Shown in pieces: positions 40,047-49,700 of a stretch of DNA of 64,000 bases (position 1 is the stretch's first letter; each line of letters opens with the position of its first letter). The notes beneath the pieces were generated by a model, which ran no database searches, was not told where the DNA came from, and worked only from the letters and a program-made list of their open reading frames with translations. Made by a program: the position numbers and the translations under genes. Source of the stretch: an uncultured Acidobacteriota bacterium (lineage in GTDB: Bacteria; Acidobacteriota; Thermoanaerobaculia; Multivoradales; UBA5704); assembly GCA_963770895.1 (NCBI GenBank), contig CAVYRF010000002.1:4864001-4928000 (forward strand), given 5' to 3'.

Positions 40047-43000
40047 GATCCGGATGAGAGCCAGGGAAAGGCCCGGTTTCCTTTCCGTTCTGAAGCCCGG
40101 GACCCCATTCCGTAACGTGGTGATGCGGGTCAGTGTGGGATTCCGGCATTCCATGGTCTGTCCAGTCCGTACGCGCTGTTTGTCTTCCATATTTATCTCT
40201 AGTCACCGTCGATCGCTCCCATTGTCCTGTTTTTTCATTGAACTTGTAGTGCTCATGCGTGTATTCCTGTCCCGTAGGTTGACCCTGGCGACCTGCGTTA
40301 GCCGTGCTCTCAGGAGGGTCAGGAATCATTTGGGGCTTGGGTTGTTCGCCTTCACCCGAGCCCTTTGGCGGGACTTTACTCCCGCTTGATACGGCCGTCG
40401 AGTCCCCGGCCTGCCCAGTCTCGCTGAGGTTCTGGAATTGCTCCCAGCTGGTGGGCGTATCGCTCTCCGCTGCGGCGCTGCCATGGCCGACTGTGAATTG
40501 GTCAGCGCCGTTGCCGTCTGGATTCTCGACGGTGATGCTGGCTTGGGGCTTGCTCGTGGTGGCGACGGGAGCTGGCGTGTCAGGTGCCGGGACTCCTGAT
40601 GTAGTGGTGTCGATTTCAGTTCCGCTCTCGAAGGTCGTTGGCGTTTCGCCCGGAGCGGTGAAACCGTGAATGGCGCCTCCGAGGACAGCTCCGCCGGCGC
40701 CGGCCACGACATAGGTGCCGAGGCTCGAAGTGCGCCCCTCAATGGCATCGTCAATGGTCTGGCTGGCGACACCTCCGGTAGCTCCACCGACAACGGCTGC
40801 ACTGAGCGCGCCTGCCCCTGCGGCGGTGGCGGCGACCGTTGCCAAACCTCCTGTCGCTGCGCCTACGGCGGTGACCGCGAAGGTTTTCGCGGCAAACTTC
40901 AACTCCTTCTTGACTTCTTTGTCGACTCCTTTGGCGACCTGAGTGAGGGTGGTGGCGTTGATGGCGTCGCCGATGCCGGCTTTGACCATGATGGCGTCGG
41001 CTTCGGCGGGGGTGAGGCCGCCTTGTTGGACAAGGGCCAGATGGAAGGCGACGGGGTCCTTCTTGGCTTGGGCTGTTGTTACGGCTTGGCGGTGGTCATT
41101 TTCATCGACGATGAAGGTCGTGCCCTGCTTGTTGACCGATGCCGCACGGCCTTCGGGATCCAGGTACACGGTCGGATTGGCGTAGGCGTAGAGGTAGCGG
41201 TGGAGGCTGGGCGGGTTGTCGGTTTTGCCGTCGGCGGGGTCTTCGGTCAGGAAGCGGCCGATGGTGGGGTCGTAGAAGCGGGCTTTGCAGTAGTAGAGGC
41301 CGGTTTCGGTGTCGAGCTCGTGGCCGGTGAAGGCGAAGGCGTTGAAGGTGGTGCCGGTGGTTGCGCGGTAGTTGCCCCAGGCGTCGTATTGGTAGGTGGC
41401 CCGGAGGCTGCCGGTGGTGGTGGTGAGGTCGGTGATCGAGCCTAAGGCGTCGAAGAGGTAGAAGGAGCGGCCTTCGGTCTGCTGGTTTTGGGAGAGGAGG
41501 CGGTCGGGGCCGTAGTCGTATTTGGCCAGGGTCTGGTTGTTGGCGTCGGTTTCCAGGAGGACGGATTTGTCGTCGAAGGTGTAGTGGATGTAGCCGAGGG
41601 CGCCTTGCTTGAGGACTCTCAGGCCCTTGTAGTCGTACTCGTAGGTGCCCAGCGTCGAAGAGGCTTGCGAGACGGCGGTGAGCTGGTCGCGGACGTCGTA
41701 GCGGAAGGTGGTGGTGGTGCCGTTCTGGGTCTTTGCGAGCTGGTTGCCGTTGGCGTCGAAGGTGTAGGCGATGCTTTGCGCGCTGTTGAGGTTGTCGGTG
41801 AGGGTGGTGAGCTGGTGGCGCGCGTTATAGGTCAGGGTGTGGTCGGTGAGGGGGGAGCTGTCGGCGTTGCTGGTGGCTTTTTCGGTGGTGCGGTCGCCGA
41901 CCTTGTCGTAGGTGTAGGCGACCTGCTGATCGGGGTAGGTGACGCCGGTGAGGCGGTCGGCGGGGTCGGAGGTGTAGGTGGTGATCTGGCCTGCGGCGGG
42001 GCCGTTGGCGCGGATTTCGAGCTGGCTTGTGCGGTTGCTGTCGGGGTCGTACTGGTATTGGAAGTGGCTGAGGACGGTCGCGGCGCCGAGGCGGTTTTCC
42101 TGGACCTGGATGCGGGCGGCGTCGTCGTAGGTGGTGTTTTCGTTGGTGCCGTTGGGGTAGGTGACGGTCTGGAGGCGGCTGTCGCGCAGGTAGGCGTAGT
42201 TAGTGATGCCGGCTCCGTTGACGTTGACGGCGGTGAGGCGGTTGAGGGCGTCGTAGGTGTAGCGGGTGACCAGGTTGTCGGGGTCCTGGAGGGTGGTGCG
42301 GTTGCCGTTGGGGTCGTAGGTGTAGGCGAGGGTGAGGTTGTAGCGATCGGTGACGGTGAGGAGGCGATCGAACAGATCGTAGGTGCGGGCGGTCTGGCGG
42401 GTGTTGGGGGCGCCGGACCAGGTCTCCTGGATCGCCGTGGGGTTGTTGTTGGGATCGTAGGTGAGGGCGATGGACTGGAGGTCGTCGGTCGTGGGCGGCG
42501 CCGGGGGCGGATAGGTGGCCAGGGCCTGGCGGTCGATGGCGTCGTAGGCGTAGGCGATGGTCTGGCCGTCGGCGTCGGTGAGGCCGGTGCGGTTGCCGTT
42601 GGGGTCGTAGGCGTAGGACTCGACGGCGTTGTCAGGGTAGGTCTTCCGGGTGACTCGATTGAGGGTGTCGTATTGCCAGGCGGTGGTCTTGGATTCGCCG
42701 TCGGTGGTGGTGAGGCGGTTGCTGTCCAGGTCGTAGGTGTAGCTGGTGCGATCGCCCACGGGGTCCTGGACGGCGATGAGGCGGTTGGCTGCGTCGTAGG
42801 CGTAGGTCCAGGGCTGGCCGGGGAAGGCGGGGCGCTGTCTCTGGATGCGGTTGCCGTCGCCGTCGTAGGCGTAGGTGGTGGTGTCGCCGGCGTTGTCGGT
42901 TTCGGTGAGGAGGTGGCGCCGCAGGTCGTGGGTGTAGGTGGTGACGCGGCCCTCGGGGTCGGTGGCGGTGGCGCGGTCGCCCATGGTGTCCAGGGTGAAG

Positions 43001-44656
43001 GTGGTGATGGCGGCCAGCGGGCGCTCTTCGGCGGTCTGCAGATTCCTTTCGTCGTATTCGTAGCCGGTGGTGTTGCTGTTGGCGTCGGTGACGAAGCGGC
43101 GGTTGCCGGCGGGGTCGTATTGGATGGTTTGGAGCAGCACTCGGGCCTTGGTGGTCTGGGTGAGGCGCCCTTCGGGGTCGTAGGTGTGGGAGCTGAGGGT
43201 GCCGCGGCGGTCGATCTCGGTGAGCTTGCTGCCCAGGCCGTCGTAGGTGAAGGTCTGGGTGTAGGCCAGCGGCTGCGGGGCGGTGGTCAGGATCAGCCGG
43301 TTGAGGGCGTCGTAGGCGAAGGCAGTGGTCTGGCCCTTGCGATCGGTCTGCGCCAGGCGGTTGCCGACGGCGTCGTAGGTGACGGTGGTGGTGTAGGCGA
43401 AGGGCTGCGGGTCGGTGGTCTGCACCAGGCGGTCGAGGCGGTCGAACTGATAGGTGGTGATCGATCCGCGCGGATCGGTTTCGGCGACCTGGTTGCCGGC
43501 CACGTCCCAGGCCTTGGTGATCGTGCGGCTGGCGGGCAGATCCTGCTCGACGAGGCGGTGGAGCGCGTCGTAGTGGTTGGTGGTGAGGTTGCCGTTGGCG
43601 TCGGTCTGGGTGGTGGGGTCGCCGTTGGCGTCGTAGGTGGCGGCGCTGACGGCTCCGATCGTGTCGGTCGTCGCGATCAGGCGGTTGAGCGGGTCGTAGG
43701 CGTGGGTGACGGCGTCGCCATTGGGGAGCTGCTCGGAGATGCGGTTGTTGACCAGGTCGTAGCCGTAGGTGGTGACCAGGCTGCGGTTGGGCTGCGTGAC
43801 CCGGTTGAGCAGCACGGTCGTCTGGGTGAGGCGGTTGCGCGCGTCGTAGGCGAAGTTAGTGGTGTTGAGGAGCGGATCGATCTTGCGCGTGGTGTTGCCG
43901 TCGGCGTCGTATTCGAAGGTGGTGGTGTCGCCGAGCGAATCGGTGCGCTGGACGGCGCGGTTGAGGGGGTCGAAGACGGCGGTGTGGACGCGGTCCTGCG
44001 GCTGGTTGCGCTGGCGCTCGCTGACCAGGTTGCCGTTGCCGTCCCAGGTGTCGACGGTCTCGGTGGGGGAGCCCGTCTGCCAGGGCGGCAGGTCCTTCTG
44101 GAGCATGCGGTTGAGCTCGTCGTAGGTGATCGTGGTGAGGCGCCCCAGCGGGTCCTGCTGCTGCGTGACGTTGCCGTTGCCGTCCAAGGTGAAGAGGGTC
44201 GACACGAGGCCCGAGTCGCTGGTGCGGTCGGTGCGGATGCGGCGGTTCAAGCCGTCGTAGGTGTGATGGGTGACGCGCGTGCTGAAACCCGGCTGCGAGG
44301 AGTCGCTCAGGGTTTCGCTGGCGACGTTGCCGACCCCGTCGTAGGTGTAGGCGGTGGTCTTGCCGAGCGGTTCGGTGCGCCCTGCCAGCCGCTCGGCGTC
44401 GTCGTATTGGAAGGTGGTGTCGTGGCGCGGCGACGCGCTGTCGAACCAGTCGGTTTCGAGCGTCTTGTTGCTGGCCAGGTCGTACTGGTAGAGCTTGGTG
44501 CCGGCGGCGGCGTTGTCGATCTGCACCGGCCGCCCCTGGAGGTCGGAGGTGGTCGTCGTCACCCGCCCCAGGGCGTCGGTCCTGGTGACGACGTCGCTGA
44601 CGTCGTCGTAGGCGGTGGTTTCGACGGCCGGGGTGCTGCCGGCCAGGGGGTAGGTC
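40039..44656 (-). pseudogene. 5'-truncated Rhs/YD core with His-rich C-terminal toxin (Ntox24-like, tentative)
   Basis: YD repeats; core end ARFYDPTIGRFLTEDP...NPTVYLDPEG; tip RDKYGRQTARTDWTDHGMPESHTDPHHH; 41160..44656 is near-identical to 53372..56870; no native start. Confidence 0.85.
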
Positions 44657-44659
44657 TCG

Positions 44660-44988
44660 CCGCGGCCTGTGCGGGTGCCGGCGTCTGGGGGGGGCCGGAG
44701 CCTGGACCGGCGCAGCTTTGGCGGTCTGCGCCCGCTGGGTCTGCGCCTGCTGGGCCTGCGCCGGCGCCGCTTTGACCGTCTGCGCCGGTGCCACGCCGGC
44801 TCCCCTGCCGATCCAACCCAGGCTCAGGCCTAGCGCGGCCAGAGTGGCGCCGCGCCGGCGCCTGGCCAGGTCTGGCGGTTTGGCACGGGGCATGGTGGGT
44901 CGGCGGCGGGTCGACGGCATCGGGATGGGATCGCTCATCATCGGTTCGAGAAGCGACGCGGTCAGTGGCCGACCGGCAGACAGCCGGT
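44660..44988 (-). pseudogene. Relic of the carrier gene's 5' end (upstream region, start, signal peptide) fused to the mid-Rhs core
   Basis: MSDPIPMPSTRRRP...LAALGLSLGWIG.GAGVAPAQTVKAAP matches 50890..51290; joined out of frame to the Rhs core near 44656. Confidence 0.8.
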
Positions 44989-44989
44989 G

Positions 44990-45115
44990 AAGAGGGCCGA
45001 CCAGATGCAGAACCTCGGCTTCCAGCTGACCGCCGTCACCGCCAACCAGGTGGTCTACAACTTCTACCAGGCGACCACCCTGTCGCTCTCCGGCATCGGC
45101 GTCCCCGGCACCGTA
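44990..45115 (+). other. Fragment of a choice-of-anchor-A-like domain; degenerate inverted copy at ~45885..45963
   Basis: MQNLGFQLTAVTANQVVYNFYQATTLSLSGIGVPGTV; the minus-strand copy reads VVYNFY*ATRLSLSGICVPGTVLAP. Confidence 0.55.
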
Positions 45116-45281
45116 CCTGGCCCTCGGGCCGGAGCTGATTTCGGGTCGGCCTCCCGTTTTCACTATCGGCCTCGCCGATCTCTATGAAGGCAGCGGATAG
45201 TGTGCAGTTGTGCCTGGCCGCCCACCTGGGACTATCTGTCTACGATGGCCGCTCGGTCTGGCGAATGAGCGCGACCTACGA

Positions 45282-45554
45282 TCAACCTTCTTCGCCCCAA
45301 GCCTCTTTCTTAACATTAAACTCCCATTCTGCCTGTCTCATGGCGTCTTCCACGGATTCGTGAAAGGTGTCAGTCATCTCCTCGCCGTCTTTGTCAAGAT
45401 AGAGGAGGTAGTAGCCTTGGGAGTCTGGAATCTTGACGATTTGCAGCTGGGCAGGAAGTGGCAGAAGCTGGCCATCGCGAAAGTGGCGGGTGTTGCCTGT
45501 AGCTCCAACTAATGGCCCAATCTTCAGCGTGTGCAGTATTTTAAAATAGCTCAT
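45282..45554 (-). CDS. Small putative immunity protein (paralogue of 58883..59155)
   Basis: TGNTRH, YYLLYLDKDGEEMTDTFHESVEDAMRQAEWEF; lower GC; cassette context. Confidence 0.75.
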   Translation of the reverse strand: MSYFKILHTLKIGPLVGATGNTRHFRDGQLLPLPAQLQIVKIPDSQGYYLLYLDKDGEEMTDTFHESVEDAMRQAEWEFNVKKEAWGEEG

Positions 45555-45734
45555 ATTTCTTGTGTAGGCTCGATTTCAAGGCTATTGATTCCTGTGTAAA
45601 AAATGTCCTATTTGAGCTGCAAAAAAAGAGGACTGTGCGCCAGGAAGGATCGAAGCAGAAGCTGATTCCGCTGAAGGCTGCGATGGCCGTGCCGCGCGGC
45701 GGCGGTGAGTGCGTCGAGTTGAGTTGGTGCCAGG

Positions 45735-45794
45735 TACAAGCGCGTGCATCGGCTCTATTGCGAAGAAGGCTTGACGGTGCGCCTGCGCAAGCGG
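45735..45794 (+). mobile_element. Short relic of an IS3-family OrfB
   Basis: KRVHRLYCEEGLTVRLRKR matches the IS3 OrfB KRVxRLYREEGL motif. Confidence 0.55.
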
Positions 45795-45999
45795 GTTTGC
45801 CGAGAGCAGCGCCGACCGTGGCCGCGCTCGCCGCCTACGACCGCGTCAAGGCGGCGGCCGCGGCGACGAGAAGGTGACCGCCGCCCGCGGAGCCAGCACG
45901 GTGCCGGGGACGCAGATGCCGGACAGCGACAGCCTGGTCGCCTAGTAGAAGTTGTAGACCACCCGAGCCAACAGCTTCCAAACGGCGAGCGCTGTGCGG

Positions 46000-46434
46000 T
46001 CAGCGTTCTGGATATAGACCAAGCCAGATGGCTTCGAGATCGGCCGTGCTTAGTTGCCATTTGCGGTAGCGGAGGCTCGTGCACTCTACTTCCCACGCTA
46101 GTATGTTTGCGTTTATGCAATCCTGTTCAAAGGAAATTCTGGGCGGCGCATCGCAGTCGTGGATATAGGTGAAGCGCCTTACTTCCTGAAACATTAGTTC
46201 TGCTGGCGGAACATCCTTGAATTGCGATTGAAACTGCAGGACCAGAGTGCCCCAGCCACCGAAGATCATTTGCTGTAGCTCGTCGACAATGTCTCGTCCT
46301 GCCCACTGTGCTTTCACGGCTATCGCATCGTGAAAGTCACGGACAAGGTGATACAGCTGTCGCGCATCTTGTTCGGATCGCACGTCAATCCATTCCGTGC
46401 GTGAAGCGTTGTGCTTGTCTGATGGGTTAGTCAT
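46000..46434 (-). CDS. Putative immunity protein cognate to the hidden tip at 46427
   Basis: ATG 46434 overlaps the tip's stop (ATGACTAA); lower GC; DFHD motif. Confidence 0.65.
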   Translation of the reverse strand: MTNPSDKHNASRTEWIDVRSEQDARQLYHLVRDFHDAIAVKAQWAGRDIVDELQQMIFGGWGTLVLQFQSQFKDVPPAELMFQEVRRFTYIHDCDAPPRISFEQDCINANILAWEVECTSLRYRKWQLSTADLEAIWLGLYPER

Positions 46435-46705
46435 GGGTGTCGAATGGAATATGGGGGCTACGATCGCCGCCGCCAGTTGAGTGACGCGGATGCAGCTCAT
46501 CGTACTTGAAAGTATGAAAGCCTTCTCCGTGTTCAGCAGATTCTCCGAAGTCAAACTGCCGTATGCGACTTCCGAAAGCGTCGTATGTGGTCACTTGCTT
46601 TAGGTCTCCGTTTGGAAGGAACCGTTCGTAGGCAGAATATGGTGCAGCTCGCGTTGGAGCTCGCCCCAGGAGTCTTGCTGTGTAGTATTCGTCGGGTAAG
46701 AAACT
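46427..46705 (-). pseudogene. Orphan His-rich toxin tip, absent from the ORF track
   Basis: Third-frame translation FLPDEYYTARLLGRAPTRAAPYSAYERFLPNGDLKQVTTYDAFGSRIRQFDFGESAEHGEGFHTFKYDELHPRHSTGGGDRSPHIPFDTHD*. Confidence 0.65.
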
Positions 46706-49700
46706 CGTCCGGCTGGCTGGGCTGACCGTTGGGTCCCTGCGTGCCGACCTTGACGCTGGGGTAGAAGACGAAGGGCGCCATGGTGAGCGTGCCGGCGGAC
46801 ACGTTGACCGTGTACATGGCGGCGACGTCGTTGCCCAGGATCACGCCGGCTCCGGTGCCGTAGGCGTTGGTGGTGGTGACGACCGAGGGTCCGCCGCAGC
46901 TGCCCAGGATCGGCGACGGGATGGGGCAGGCGGCCAGGTTGCCGTTGGGCGCCAGCGCGTCGTCGAAGACCGCCGCGTTCTGCTGGTTCGAGCCCGGCGG
47001 GTTGTTGCACTGCACGTCGTCGCGGCGCGCCGCCGGGCCGACGGCGAAGGTCACCGGCACGTTCGAGATCGAGTTGCCGTAGGAGTCCTGGACCTGGACG
47101 TGCACGTCGCCGGCGTACATGCCGGGGTTGCCGCCCATCTGCTGGCTCGGCTCCTGGCTGACGATGGTCGCGGGCGGGCCGGGGAAGCCGTAGGCATAGA
47201 AGGGGGCGTCGGGGGAGAGCGCGCCGTCGTGGGTCGAGACCGAGGCGTCGACGAGCTGGACGAGCGCCTGGGTGGCGTAGGCGTCGGTCGGGCTCTGCAG
47301 CAGGAACGCCGGGCTGGCCGCGGTCTGCTGGCCGAGGCGGATGGTTACCGCGGCGTGGCCGAGCGGGTCGGTGACGACCGCGACCGAGGTGCTTTCGGCC
47401 GAGGTCGCCGGATCGACAAGGGTGCCGCCGCCGGTGCCCGCGGCGGTGGTGAAGGTGACGGTGGCCCCCTGGACGGGCTTGCCGGACGCGTCGCGCGCCA
47501 CGACGGCGAGCTGGGCCGGCAGCAGGGTCCCCACCTGGCCCATCTGGTTGTTGGTCGCCGAGACGATGACCAGGCTGGCCGCCGAGAGCGGATCGGCGTT
47601 GGGCTGCACCGTGCCGTACGGGTCTGCGAGCGCGTTGGCGGCGAACTGCAGCGTCCACTGGTCGGGCGACTCGGCGGAGGCGCCGCCGGCGAGGCCGCCG
47701 GCGATCAGGTAGGCGGCGCCGCCGCTCACCGGGTCCTCCACCACCCAGATCGAGCCGGTCCAGGAGTCGCGCGTGACGGCGGTCGCCGGCACGTCCACGG
47801 TGAGGCCCTGGCTCAGCCAGTTCTGGATGTCGGCCAGGACCGCCGCCGGCTGCTGGAGGTTGGACGGCAGCGGTGTGGCGTTCTGGGCGGTGAGGTGGAG
47901 CACCGGGATGCCGGCCTGGTTGGCGACGCCGATGCCCTTGTCGGCCGAGACGGAATCGACCTGGAAGTCCTGCTCGAAGGTGAGGTGCTCCCAGGACGAG
48001 CCTTCGAGCGCCGAGACGCGCATCCAGTCGAAGGCGGTCGAGGGATCGGCGCCGCGCGCGAACGGTTCGGCGACGCGCAGCGGCGCGTCGAGGGTGACGC
48101 CCTGCCACTGGAAGGCGTAGGGGAGCGACGCCACCAGGTCGATGGTGACCGCGTTGCCGACCACCGACAGCGACGGCAGCGGCCGCAGCACGCCGACGTC
48201 GAAGAGGCCGCCCAGCTCGGTTTCGGCCTGGTCCCAGTGCTGGCTGTAGGCGAGCGCCTCCTGGGAGAGGAGGTGGGCTCCCTGCGACTCCACGTCGCCG
48301 GGGTCGGGGGTGGCGGGCGCGGGCGGCGCGATCGCTTCTTCGGCCCCCACGTTGAGGGCGTAGTAGCTGCCGGCGGTGAGCGATTCGTCGATCGTCTCGC
48401 TGCCGCAGGGGCCGGCGAAGGTGACCTCCAGGCGGTGGGCGATGCCCATCGCGATCGGTTGGGTACCGACGGTGTTGGCGGCGCCGTCGACGTCGATCTG
48501 CGGCAGGAGCTCGACCAGGTAGAGGGGCACCAGGTCCAGGCCGCCGAACGATTCGACGGTCAGCTCGTCGTCGGCGGTCGCCGGGATGTAGGAGAGCGTC
48601 AGGCGCTCGCCGGCCACGGCGAGGACCGGCAGCGTCACGTCGAGCGATTCCTGGTCGGTCGGGTTGGGGCCGACCCGCGCCACCAGGTGGACGGTGTGGG
48701 CGACCGCGGGGGCGACCTGCGGCGCCTCGGAGGTGACCGCCACGACCGGCATCGGCAGCGAGCTCGGCAGCAGGCCCAGGGTCATGGCGTTGACCGTGCG
48801 CGTGCCGAGCTGCGCGGCGTAGGCCGGCGCGCCCGGCTGCTGCGCGAGGTAGCCGTTCACCGCCAGGCGGATCGCCGCCAGCGGGTCCTGCAGCTGCGGC
48901 GCCGCAAACGTCTGCTGGATGAGGCCGGACACCGAATAGCCCATCTGCCGCAGGACGCCCGTCGGCGGCAGGTCGGCGATCGTCTTGATCGCGGGCGCCA
49001 GCGGCAGCCAGGTGGCGCCCGAGACGTCCACCACCGCGCCGCGGTAGTTGGTGTAGGGCGCGTACACCTCGACCCAGGTATGGTCGACGTCGAACGCCGC
49101 GACGCCGCCCCCCTGCACGACCGGTGTGTGTGCCACCCCGGCGCGCGAGAGCGCCGCGTCGACCGTCGTCACCAGGGTCGCGGGCGCGGCCGCCGACGGG
49201 TTGTCAGCGACGCCCAGGCTGGTCGCCAGCGCCGCCACCGGCAGCTGCACGACGCCGTGCACGTAGCGGGCGCCGGTGCCGCTCGCGCGCAGCAGGGCGA
49301 TGAGCAGGCTGGCCTGGTCGACGTCGTTGCCGGCGCCCTGGCGCAGCGTGCCGACGGCGCCCTTCATCGAGCCGCCGTACCACTCGCCGCGGATGGTGTT
49401 GCGCACCCACTCGAAGATCTGCACGTAGTCGTAGCCCAGGGCCGCCGCTTGCGCCGTGATCTCCGGCGTCAGCGGCGCTTCCGTGGTGCCCGCCAGATCC
49501 GCCGACCCGGCCGCCGCCGCCTGCGGATTGGCATACGCCGGCACCACGGCCGGCGACGTCGCCGGCGCCTGCGGCGCCAGCCCCTGGCGCCGGTAGGGCA
49601 GGAGGCTCGACCGCAGCTTGGGGTGCGGCGGCGACGCCAGCGCCGCGGCCAGCGCCTGCCGCACCCCGGCCAGCGCCTGGACCGCCGCGGCGCGCGCCGC

